Positions 9,786-18,082 of a DNA stretch of 64,000 nucleotides are shown piece by piece. The translations under genes were made by a program, and so were the position numbers. The first letter of the stretch is position 1. Every line of letters begins with the position of its first letter. The stretch comes from Thermoplasmata archaeon (GTDB lineage Archaea > Thermoplasmatota > UBA186 > UBA287): positions 8,259 to 72,258 of the forward strand of contig WOYO01000082.1 of the NCBI GenBank assembly GCA_011620765.1, given 5' to 3'. The notes beneath the pieces are model-generated. The model worked only from the letters and a program-made list of their open reading frames with translations, searched no databases and had not been told where the DNA came from.

Positions 9786-10221
9786 GGATGATATCTCTTA
9801 TCCTGTATTCTATATCTCTTTTCCTGAGAACCAGGAGCATTATTGCTTCATCATAAAGGTGCTCATCATATCTATCCTCCAGCTCTCTGAAATCGACTGA
9901 AGCTTCATAAGGATCACTAACCAGAGAGAACATATCCAGAATAGCTCTGGAGCTATTGAGCACTTTCTCTATTGATTGGGGATTAAAATCTCTAATGCTG
10001 ACGCTTTTTGTATCTACGGTTATCCTTATCCTGTTCTCTATCTCCTCTATGAGCCCGTAAAGAAATGCAAGCTTCAAAAGATCCTCCGCTACCTTTGGCG
10101 GGACCCATCCCATATTTATAGATATGTAGTTCACAAAGCTCTTCTTATCAATCTCATCCGTGCTGTAACTTATAAATGGGCTGGCAACGGCAGCTTTTAC
10201 GATATCATCCTCCCGTGACAA
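9772..10221 (-). CDS. DUF2240-like archaeal protein
   Basis: AVASPF...FVNYISINMGWVPPKVAEDLL pattern. Confidence 0.65.
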   Translation of the reverse strand: MSREDDIVKAAVASPFISYSTDEIDKKSFVNYISINMGWVPPKVAEDLLKLAFLYGLIEEIENRIRITVDTKSVSIRDFNPQSIEKVLNSSRAILDMFSLVSDPYEASVDFRELEDRYDEHLYDEAIMLLVLRKRDIEYRIRDIILKKD

Positions 10222-10405
10222 TCCGCACCACCTCTATAGTGTCCCTCTCAGTAAGATCTTCGTCAATTGGGGTAAGAGAGCCATTTTTCAAAACCAGGTT
10301 TTCGTTCTCCTCCAGTTCCAATGCATTCAACAAATCTCTAACCTTAGAATTGTTGTTGAGAGTGAGCATGGTTTCCTTGCCTTTGACAAAAACCTTTATT
10401 TGCAC
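10205..10405 (-). CDS. Ubiquitin-like sulfur carrier / SAMP (MoaD/ThiS family)
   Basis: 66-aa beta-grasp ending VTGG; true start GTG 10405 because the track's extension runs through the tRNA; TTTTATATA about 25 nt upstream. Confidence 0.85.
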   Translation of the reverse strand: MQIKVFVKGKETMLTLNNNSKVRDLLNALELEENENLVLKNGSLTPIDEDLTERDTIEVVRIVTGG

Positions 10406-10435
10406 ATAATAAGATTGTATTGTGGGTATATAAAA

Positions 10436-10617
10436 GCTGGGGTAGCTTAGCGGACTAAAGCGCCGGCCTCGAGAGCCGGTGGGCGAAAGCCCTCGGGGGT
10501 TCAAAACAGCCCTTTCCCCACAAGTTGATTTCGCAAAGCGAAATCCAAGATTTGCCCTTTAGGGCAAATCAGCCTTTGGACGCTGTGCGGAAAGGAGTGA
10601 AAATCCCCCCCCCAGCG
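10436..10617 (+). tRNA. tRNA-Ser(CGA) with 98-nt intron in the T-loop (59/60)
   Basis: Acceptor GCTGGGG/CCCCAGC + G73, anticodon arm CCGGC-CT-CGA-GA-GCCGG, long variable arm GGGC-GAAA-GCCC, T-stem GGGGG/CCCCC; removing 10506-10603 restores TTCAAAT; CCA not encoded. Confidence 0.92.
10506..10603 (+). other. Archaeal BHB-type tRNA intron (non-canonical position)
   Basis: 4-bp helix TTCA(10500-03)/TGAA(10598-601) flanked by 3-nt bulges AAA and AAT; closing stem CCTTTCC/GGAAAGG; two internal hairpins. Confidence 0.85.
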
Positions 10618-10619
10618 CT

Positions 10620-11288
10620 TTATAGAGTGAAACCTGCGTATAAGAGGCTCATAGAAAAAAGCACCAGAGCCCTTCTCACAGGCAAAGAAAAAACAGCTCC
10701 CAGAGGCTCCTGGAAATCCACAAGAAAAACCAGAGCAAAAAATGATGCCGATATGATCAAGCTCTTTATCCTCTGCCTTTTGTCTTTTGTAACGATAGAG
10801 TAAGCGAGAACACACAATGGTGCTATCAGAGCCATAGCTATAGATACAAATACAGCTAGTGTCGCTCCTTCTCCTATCACCCATTCTCCAATGCCCATCT
10901 CACGAAAGGATGGCGGATAGATGATTATCAGAGCAGTGTCAAGAACTACCAGTGATATAGGTAATAGAGCAAGACTCTTCCAGCGCTTTGGAGCGAGCGT
11001 GAATATACCGAACATCGCGCCGAAAAATGGCCTTGAGCGGCCGATAATGAAGGACAGGATAGCAATAAATGGGTAGGAGAGCACTACGCTATTCGTCTCA
11101 TCCGGAAAACGGAGGAGGAAGGTCACAAAATAGTCTGCAGAAAAAAACAGAAAGTACAGCATCAGAAAAAATGCAGGAGGTGCTGGAGTCTGCATGTATC
11201 TCATGAGGAGCTTATAGAAAAGAAAAGCCGCCAGAGCTACTATCGCGAGAGTGAAACCCTGCACTGCAAAAAGCTCGGCGGGATTCAT
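10620..11288 (-). CDS. Polytopic membrane protein (about 7 TM), unknown function
   Basis: About 7 hydrophobic segments; resembles stand-alone 7TM sensor-like archaeal proteins. Confidence 0.7.
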   Translation of the reverse strand: MNPAELFAVQGFTLAIVALAAFLFYKLLMRYMQTPAPPAFFLMLYFLFFSADYFVTFLLRFPDETNSVVLSYPFIAILSFIIGRSRPFFGAMFGIFTLAPKRWKSLALLPISLVVLDTALIIIYPPSFREMGIGEWVIGEGATLAVFVSIAMALIAPLCVLAYSIVTKDKRQRIKSLIISASFFALVFLVDFQEPLGAVFSLPVRRALVLFSMSLLYAGFTL

Positions 11289-11506
11289 ATATGTTCTTTG
11301 TATCTACATTTATATTAACATTTTTACTTTTACTGCGTAATAAATATGGGGTCTTGAGCCAGGTAAGATATAGGTGCACATGGAGATGAAGTTTGAGCTT
11401 TACTGCATGCTCACAGGGCTTTGGGCAATCATATCCGTTCAATCATTTGCCCCTTCGGCGCAGAGATTTGAGCAAAATATATTAATTGTAAAGTAGTAAT
11501 TTAATT

Positions 11507-12460
11507 GTGTACTTCTACAGGTACTCAACACCGGAGGGCGGGAGATACCTATTATCTAAAGAAGAGATAAGAAAAATAAAAGAAAATGTTCCCAACCTAT
11601 CAGAAGGATTGAAGATAAAACTATCTGATAAAATGCTGCAGATAGTAAAGGTTAGCGAGGATGGTAGAGATCTCTGGGTACCAGCCCTCTCCAGGACCGT
11701 ATATCCCGATCCTATAGAGCGCTGGGTGGGCAGCGAGATATTCGAGGCCATAAATATTCTTTATATAGATGGGCAGGTAGCTCTCATAGGGGAGAAGGGC
11801 ACAGGCAAGAACTATCTCTGCGAGCTCATAACGGAGATATTCGGTCTGGACTACTTTCAGATAGCTGGTTCGGAAGATGTGAGAGAAGCTTCGATAATGG
11901 GATCTACAGAAGTGAGGCAGGGTGAGACAAAGTTCGTTGAAGGCATATTGCCACAATGGGCAAGAAAGGGCGGGCTATTGGTGATAGATGAATCAAACAT
12001 GATAGATCCTGCGATACTCATGAGGATCAATGAGGCGACAGACTTCAGGAGACAGGTAACGGTATCAAAGAGCACTGTCATAAAGAGGCACGATGATGCA
12101 TATCTGATACTAACGCTCAACCCCACAACAAAGACCTACGCCGGAACCCATAACCTGAATCTAGCTTTTCTTGACCGCTTTCCTGTTATATCCTTTGACC
12201 TTCCAACCATAGAGAAAGAGGAGGAGATCCTGAGAAGGAAGAACCTTACAGTGCCACAGAAGCTGCATGAAGCCATAGGAAGGGTCAGGGAGCTTTACAG
12301 AGAGGGAAAGCTCAGCAACACAATATCCACGAGACAGATTGAAAAGTTTGCTGCTCTCGCAGAGGTTGTTGGTTATGAGAGGGCCGTGAAAATACTTTTT
12401 ATTAATCAGTATATGGATCCTGAGGAAAGAAAAACTGTAGAAAGACTACTCCTGGGTTGA
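11507..12460 (+). CDS. MoxR/CbbQ/NorQ-type AAA+ ATPase
   Basis: GEKGTGKN Walker A, LVIDESN Walker B, TLNP..YAGT..LNLAFLDRF, STRQ sensor II. Confidence 0.88.
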   Translation: MYFYRYSTPEGGRYLLSKEEIRKIKENVPNLSEGLKIKLSDKMLQIVKVSEDGRDLWVPALSRTVYPDPIERWVGSEIFEAINILYIDGQVALIGEKGTGKNYLCELITEIFGLDYFQIAGSEDVREASIMGSTEVRQGETKFVEGILPQWARKGGLLVIDESNMIDPAILMRINEATDFRRQVTVSKSTVIKRHDDAYLILTLNPTTKTYAGTHNLNLAFLDRFPVISFDLPTIEKEEEILRRKNLTVPQKLHEAIGRVRELYREGKLSNTISTRQIEKFAALAEVVGYERAVKILFINQYMDPEERKTVERLLLG

Positions 12461-12462
12461 GT

Positions 12463-13041
12463 TTAAGAGGGGGAGAGCAGCTCTGTGAATTCAAGCATCT
12501 CTTTCCCCTGCTCATTAAATATAGAGAGTCTTATTCTCTTTCCCTGTCTGCCTTCAAACGTTACCAGCACTTCACCATTTTTCCCCGGCATAAGAAATAG
12601 CTGATTGGATTTAACATCCAGATGTCTGCTATCCAGTTCTGCTGTGCATCTATCCAGAAATATGGGGAGATCCCCCTTATTTGAGATCTTCAGTCTTACC
12701 CCTATAAAAGCCTCATAGCTTATACCGCCTTTTTCATACCTCTCTTTCATAAGCGCACTACCAGCAATTTCTGTTTTTCCACCATAAAACTTAACTCTTT
12801 GCTCACATGAGCCGTGCTTACTCTCAAATATGAATGCATAAGGCCCTCCTAAAGGGGTTCTGCGTAACTCAAAGATCTTGAATAAACTCTGCCCTTTTTT
12901 AACGTCGTACGCAACCTTAGCGTCTGGGCCTATTATTCTAATGTGTCCCTCCTTTGGCGGCGTTATAACTACTTCTGCATAAACACCATTTTCCTTCAGA
13001 ACTAAAGTGCGGTATACTATTGAGAGTTTTTTACGAAACAC
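12463..13041 (-). CDS. Hypothetical all-beta (Ig-like) protein
   Basis: 192-aa beta-rich ORF with LKISNKGDLPI...LMPGKNGEV CARDB/Ig-like pattern. Confidence 0.6.
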   Translation of the reverse strand: MFRKKLSIVYRTLVLKENGVYAEVVITPPKEGHIRIIGPDAKVAYDVKKGQSLFKIFELRRTPLGGPYAFIFESKHGSCEQRVKFYGGKTEIAGSALMKERYEKGGISYEAFIGVRLKISNKGDLPIFLDRCTAELDSRHLDVKSNQLFLMPGKNGEVLVTFEGRQGKRIRLSIFNEQGKEMLEFTELLSPS

Positions 13042-13045
13042 ACCA

Positions 13046-13948
13046 TTAATCTCTCATATCTTTAATCTCTTTTTCGTTAACGCACCTCTCGCATTCACAC
13101 TGAATGGTTGTATGGGCTATGTTATACCTTTCCTTAAGCATCTTGTTTATGTCACTGACTATCCTGTTTATTTCTGCGGTGGAATCAACTATCACGTGAG
13201 CGCTTAGCGCATATATGTCAGAGCTTATGCTCCATACATGCACATCATGTGCCCCTTTTACTCCATCTATCTTCTTTATGTCTTTCTCTATGTTTTTTAT
13301 GTCAATCTCCTTTGGAGATCCTTCCATGAGTATGAGCAGGGATTCTTTTACTAAAGGCAGGGAGTTTGATAGGATGAAACAACCTATCATAACACTTATC
13401 ACTGGATCTATAAGCGTTATTCCTGTCACAGCGATTATTACGCCTCCGATAACAACGCCTATCGAGGATAGGGTATCGCTCAGAACGTGGATGTATGCTC
13501 CTCTGACGTTCAAGTTACCTTTAACGCTGCTCTGCATTCTGACAGCTACATAAGCATTGGCCGCAAGCCCTATTGTAGATACTATAAGCATCTCACCACT
13601 CCGTATAGACGCAGGGTGCAGAAATCTCAGGTAAGCGCTGTAGAAGATATATGACGCAATGAAGATGAGGAGAGCTCCGTTCACTGCAGCACTTATTATC
13701 TCTGCTCTATAATATCCGAATGTGAACCTCTTGTTCGCTTCCCTTCTGGCAATGTGAATTGAGAAATATGCAAGAAGCAGAGATACAAAATCCGTAAGCA
13801 CGTGAAATGAATCGCTGAGAAGAGCAAGACTGTTTGTCAACAGCCCCCCAGCAACTTCGAGTAAAAAAATTGAGGCTGAAAGAAGCACAAAAATCCTGAA
13901 ATCTTTTTCAAGCGTCTCTCTCGGGATCACATTCAGAATGGGATACAT
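13046..13948 (-). CDS. czcD: Cation diffusion facilitator (Zn/Co/Cd efflux, CzcD/ZitB-like)
   Basis: SLALLSDSFHVLTD, TFGYYRAE, HVLSD, HDVHVW, HTTIQ. Confidence 0.92.
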   Translation of the reverse strand: MYPILNVIPRETLEKDFRIFVLLSASIFLLEVAGGLLTNSLALLSDSFHVLTDFVSLLLAYFSIHIARREANKRFTFGYYRAEIISAAVNGALLIFIASYIFYSAYLRFLHPASIRSGEMLIVSTIGLAANAYVAVRMQSSVKGNLNVRGAYIHVLSDTLSSIGVVIGGVIIAVTGITLIDPVISVMIGCFILSNSLPLVKESLLILMEGSPKEIDIKNIEKDIKKIDGVKGAHDVHVWSISSDIYALSAHVIVDSTAEINRIVSDINKMLKERYNIAHTTIQCECERCVNEKEIKDMRD

Positions 13949-14091
13949 TGTATTTTATTTTACTGGATTTCTGGTTTTGAACAAAAAAGGATATATATCA
14001 TGCATACGGGTCAATCAAACCTGAACAGAAAAGATCTCGAGAGACGAATAAAATAAAGCTCATCAACAGGGCAGGGAATTAAAGAGGGTTA

Positions 14092-15924
14092 TTAAAAGAG
14101 CATCAATACCCTTGCGAAAATGCCGCCTAAAGCTATTGCAAAAAAGGTCTCAAAAAGCACTATGCGCGCGGTTCTCTTTGGGCCTATCTCTTTTAGAAGG
14201 GCAGCCATCGTTGAGAGACACGGCGTATATAGCATGACCACCAGAGTGAAGGTCAGCATCTGCGGGGCGCTCATTATTGCCCCCAGCTCTGTTGTGCCAT
14301 AGAGAGTAAAAAGCATTGTTACCGTTAGCTCCTTCCGCACAACACCGAATATAAGGACCACACCGGTAAGAGCTGGTATAAGAAGCCACCCCTCCGTTAC
14401 AGGACTAAAAAACCCGGCTATTGGCTCAATGAGCCCATAATGGTTAAGTGCGCCCACGAATAAGCTTCCAGCAATTATTATTGGAAAGGCTATCTCTATA
14501 AAATCCATTGTTCTGTGGTATGTCTGCTTTGTCACAACGCTAATAGAAGGCTTTCTGAGGTTTGGCATTTCCATTATGAGCCCTACAGCTTCGCCAGGAG
14601 TAATTTTGTATGCAATCCGTCCGAGGACAAAGAGGATAACAAAAACCAGCGCATAGAGCAAAAGCACATATGCTAACCCCAATGTTCTACCAACAGCGCT
14701 CATAACCACAACGCTAATAGCAGAGCATGGCACAAGGGTTGAGAGAAATATAGTTATGTCCCTCTCCCTCTCTCCCTCCATTATCCTGCAGCCAAGGCAC
14801 CCAGGAACATTGCAACCAAATGAGAGCAAAAGAGGTATTATCGCTTTTCCATGGATGCCAAGTTTATGCATAACCCTGTCCGCTAAAAAAGCAGCTCTAG
14901 CCATATAGCCCGTATCCTCAAGAATACCTAAAAGGAGATAGAAGGGGACAATGTATGGCAGGACTATCGTTAAACCAGCAACAAAACCTTCATACAAAGA
15001 ATAAAGGACATTATCGCCTGTGAAAAAGCTTAACAAGAGGGCTTCTAGCGTAGCGCTAACAATATTGCCGAAGAAGAAGATAAGAGCAAAAATGCCTATA
15101 AAGAAGAAGATAAGCGAGATTGAACCTGTCAGGGGATCTGTGAGAAAAGCATCAAGCTTTTCAGAAAAGCTTTTCTCAGGCTTTATTATTCTCTGCACAC
15201 TCTCAACGATCTCTCTTACTACCCTATAACGCTCAGATGCTATGTATGAAAAAGCACCCATACTTATTCTATCTTCAAGTGCCCTTTTTATATCCTCTAT
15301 ATCGATGCTTATGGGTGCTGTGCCTTCGAGGAGTTTTATTGCCAGCCAGCGCTTCGGGTACTTCTCTGTCTTTATTCTCTCTTCTACCTTTCTTATCGCA
15401 TCCTCAAGTGCCTCGCTATACCTTACCTCTTTCTCTGGTTTCTTATCCATTTTTATGGCAGCTTCCAGCAAATCCGTCAAACCCTCTCTTCTTATAGCCA
15501 CAACGGGAACAACAGGAACCCCAAGAAGCTCCTGCAGCTCTTTTATGTTTATATCTATCCCTTTCGTATTAGCAAGATCCATCTGGTTGAGCGCTATAAC
15601 CAGAGGTCTCTCCATCTCTAACAATTGCAGTGTGAAATACAGGTTTCTTTCAAGTGCTGTTGCATCAACTACATTTATGATAACATCCGGTTTTTCATTC
15701 AGAATGTAATCCCTTGTTATATCCTCTTCCTGGGAGAAAGAGGATAGGGAATAGATGCCAGGTAGATCTATAACATCGATTGTGCGATCTCTATACTTCA
15801 GAGTCCCTTCAGCTCTTTCAATGGTTTTGCCGGGCCAGTTGCCTATATGCTGATGCAACCCTGTTAAGGCGTTGAATATAACGCTCTTGCCTACATTGGC
15901 ATTTCCTGCTAGAGCTATTCGCAC
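14092..15924 (-). CDS. feoB: Ferrous iron transporter FeoB
   Basis: GNANVGKS, GNWPGKT, DLPGIYSL, LEDTGYMAR, FGCNVPG, LYTPC. Confidence 0.96.
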   Translation of the reverse strand: MRIALAGNANVGKSVIFNALTGLHQHIGNWPGKTIERAEGTLKYRDRTIDVIDLPGIYSLSSFSQEEDITRDYILNEKPDVIINVVDATALERNLYFTLQLLEMERPLVIALNQMDLANTKGIDINIKELQELLGVPVVPVVAIRREGLTDLLEAAIKMDKKPEKEVRYSEALEDAIRKVEERIKTEKYPKRWLAIKLLEGTAPISIDIEDIKRALEDRISMGAFSYIASERYRVVREIVESVQRIIKPEKSFSEKLDAFLTDPLTGSISLIFFFIGIFALIFFFGNIVSATLEALLLSFFTGDNVLYSLYEGFVAGLTIVLPYIVPFYLLLGILEDTGYMARAAFLADRVMHKLGIHGKAIIPLLLSFGCNVPGCLGCRIMEGERERDITIFLSTLVPCSAISVVVMSAVGRTLGLAYVLLLYALVFVILFVLGRIAYKITPGEAVGLIMEMPNLRKPSISVVTKQTYHRTMDFIEIAFPIIIAGSLFVGALNHYGLIEPIAGFFSPVTEGWLLIPALTGVVLIFGVVRKELTVTMLFTLYGTTELGAIMSAPQMLTFTLVVMLYTPCLSTMAALLKEIGPKRTARIVLFETFFAIALGGIFARVLMLF

Positions 15925-16559
15925 TCTTCCACCAGTATCTTTTTAGCTAAACCATATCCTATCGCAACCTTTGTTCCCTTTACTTCAACCTCTATGGGGC
16001 CATGAGCCATTCTGTTAACAACCTTAATTTTTTCTCCTGGAAGAAGACCGAGCTCATTGAGCCTCATGGATGCTTTCCTCCCACAGAGTGTTCTGAAGAT
16101 AACAGTCTCTTTTCCTGTGGATATGTCTGCCAGCGTTTTCTTGAGGCACTCAGAGCAATCTTTTCCGCACCGGGGAATCTCTTTACCATCGTCAGGGCAC
16201 CTTTCTGGTGCGCCCAGAAATTTGCATAGAGCATCAGCGCTCTCCTCAGAGATCCCATGCTCAAGCTTGCATGCCTCGTTGTGCACGTCCTTTTTTCCAA
16301 GAAAATGAAGGAAGGACTCCAAAAGACGGTGCTTCCTCTTTATGTTCCTTGCGATATTCATACCTTCTTCTGTGAGTTCTATCTCTCCATATCTTTCATG
16401 CTTCAAAAGTCTCTCTTCGCTCAGTTTTTTAATCATTTCGCTGGTGCTTGCCTTGCTGACTCCCATTGCTTCAGAGATCCTGCTTATGCTGATCTTTTCC
16501 CTGTCCTCAAATAGAGCATATATCTCTTCAAGATACTCTTCCTCGTTCTCACTGAGCAT
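15915..16559 (-). CDS. DtxR/MntR-family metal-dependent repressor with C-terminal FeoA domain
   Basis: EEYLEEIY HTH, KHRLLESFL, EACKLEH, FeoA-like GPIEVEVKGTKVAIG; start 16559 or 16568. Confidence 0.92.
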   Translation of the reverse strand: MLSENEEEYLEEIYALFEDREKISISRISEAMGVSKASTSEMIKKLSEERLLKHERYGEIELTEEGMNIARNIKRKHRLLESFLHFLGKKDVHNEACKLEHGISEESADALCKFLGAPERCPDDGKEIPRCGKDCSECLKKTLADISTGKETVIFRTLCGRKASMRLNELGLLPGEKIKVVNRMAHGPIEVEVKGTKVAIGYGLAKKILVEECE

Positions 16560-16588
16560 AAAGTGCATAGGCTTAGTGTTATAAAAAT

Positions 16589-16604
16589 GTTAGGAGAACC
16601 TAAC
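16589..16604. promoter_or_regulatory. Probable DtxR-family operator
   Basis: Palindrome GTTAGG-AGAA-CCTAAC immediately upstream of the TATA box (TTTTTATAA, minus strand, about 16579-16587) of dtxR-feoB. Confidence 0.75.
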
Positions 16605-16650
16605 TAAATATGGAGAAAAACATATAAATAATAATAGAGTTATACTTTCA

Positions 16651-17031
16651 GTGGTTATGGGAGCAAGCATAGATCGGATGATAGAGGAGATCCTGGATAA
16701 CTTCAACCATTCAGTTGAAGGAATTAGAGCCAGTGTTGTTGCAACAAGCGATGGATTGCCCATAGCCAGCGCGATGCGCGAAGACACAGATCTTGCGATG
16801 GTAGCAGCTCTGGGTGCTGCGATAATGGGGTCCTCAAAATCTGCGGTTACAACACTAAATCTCAAGGGATATGATAATACAATGATAAATGCAGCTGGGG
16901 GGAAGATAGTTGTTACTTCTTTTTCAATGGCCTGTCTCATCGTTGTTTTGGAGCCCACAGCCAATACAGGCCTGGTATTGATCGCCCTCAATGATGTCAA
17001 GAAGAAGATCTCTCAGATAATAGGCGAATGA
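16651..17031 (+). CDS. Roadblock/LC7 (MglB-like) domain protein
   Basis: GIRASVVATSDGLPIASA...AALGAAI...NTGLVLIAL; start 16651 or 16657. Confidence 0.88.
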   Translation: MVMGASIDRMIEEILDNFNHSVEGIRASVVATSDGLPIASAMREDTDLAMVAALGAAIMGSSKSAVTTLNLKGYDNTMINAAGGKIVVTSFSMACLIVVLEPTANTGLVLIALNDVKKKISQIIGE

Positions 17032-17617
17032 GCTCAGAGCTTTGTTTTGCTCTTGCCAGATCCTCCTGACTTTTTTCCATGATCGCTCTGCATGCATCCA
17101 CTTTCTGTTTCAGGTTTATCAGCCCCCTGGGATAATCAGCAGGTGCTAAAGTCTCATATATCCGTTCAATAGCTTTGCAATCCTGCTCTGCGCTCTCAAG
17201 ATCATTTTTTATAAGCGCGCATAACATATGTCTTCTCAGCTCACCTGTAAAATCACATAGCCCTAAAAGATATTCCGTTGCTTCAACACCGAGCTCTTCA
17301 GGCAGTGGCGGCTCTTCTTCACTTACGTATCTATAAAAAAGAAAAGCCTCTGTAAGCTCTTGAGCAGCCCCCTGTATATACCCGGAATAGAGGATATCTC
17401 CATGATCTCTCAAGCTATTCTTTAGTGCTTTGAGCTTTGCTTTCGCTCCTTCAATTGCTTTACTGTCCGGTCTGTTATCATGGAGCGCGCTTATCGTCTC
17501 TCTGCTTGCCTTTATGATATCTCTGGTCTCTTTCAAAGCTCTCTCTCTGAGCTCATCCTTTTCATCCACAACCTGCATCAGACGATTAGCTATTCTCTCG
17601 ATTTCCTCAAGGTTCAT
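16997..17617 (-). CDS. Translin/Trax-family (C3PO-like) RNA-binding nuclease
   Basis: AQELTEA and YLLGLCDFTGELRR motifs, LKQKVD. Confidence 0.88.
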   Translation of the reverse strand: MNLEEIERIANRLMQVVDEKDELRERALKETRDIIKASRETISALHDNRPDSKAIEGAKAKLKALKNSLRDHGDILYSGYIQGAAQELTEAFLFYRYVSEEEPPLPEELGVEATEYLLGLCDFTGELRRHMLCALIKNDLESAEQDCKAIERIYETLAPADYPRGLINLKQKVDACRAIMEKSQEDLARAKQSSELIRLLSERSSS

Positions 17618-17851
17618 AACACAAATGTTGTTCTCTTTTTAAAGAACTTTGTAAATTTGGATATGGGTTACAGGATCTGTAGCCATTTTTTGCATTTTCC
17701 TTAAGGGAATCTAATAAGATGAATAGCTCTTTACCCGCGTTCATTATGCTCTTTCCAGTTAGAGAAGATCTATGATCTACAGCCATATCAAAGAGCAAGC
17801 AAAAATATATATAAACGCAAAATGATTACTCCTTACAAAGGAGAGAAACAC

Positions 17852-18082
17852 ATGGTAGAATATAAGACCATAAAGTCGGAAGAGCTGCCGTTTGGCAAGA
17901 ACAACTTTATAGAGATAGCCAGAAAGAAAGCTGTGACAGATGATGGGGAGAATGAGTTCATCTCCATATCAAGAGGCTATAAATCGGGAGAGGATAAGAT
18001 AAGATGGAAGAGCACAATAGCTCTGCCATGCGATAAGGAGTTTGTGGAGAAGCTCTCTAGTAGTCTTCTAGAAATGCTGTGA
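17852..18082 (+). CDS. Small conserved archaeal protein, probable PC4/PUR-like nucleic-acid-binding fold
   Basis: FGKNNFIEIARKKA...EFISISRGY; SD-like AGGAG before ATG 17852; stop overlaps lhr start. Confidence 0.7.
   Translation: MVEYKTIKSEELPFGKNNFIEIARKKAVTDDGENEFISISRGYKSGEDKIRWKSTIALPCDKEFVEKLSSSLLEML

Noticed and set aside
10506-10603. Intron as a box C/D guide RNA (as in euryarchaeal tRNA-Trp introns)
   Set aside because: No CTGA D box or RTGATGA C box in the intron
10500-10617. tRNA interruption as an integrated element (attL/attR in the T-loop)
   Set aside because: Integration normally regenerates an intact tRNA and duplicates its 3' end; there is no duplication or integrase, and the junctions form a BHB that splices precisely
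10406-10884. Track ORFs 10205-10504 (N-terminal extension), 10501-10884 and 10525-10803
   Set aside because: They overlap the tRNA and the 7TM gene; shadow frames
17607-17798. 63-aa ORF upstream of translin
   Set aside because: No recognisable motif or RBS; sits in a divergent promoter region
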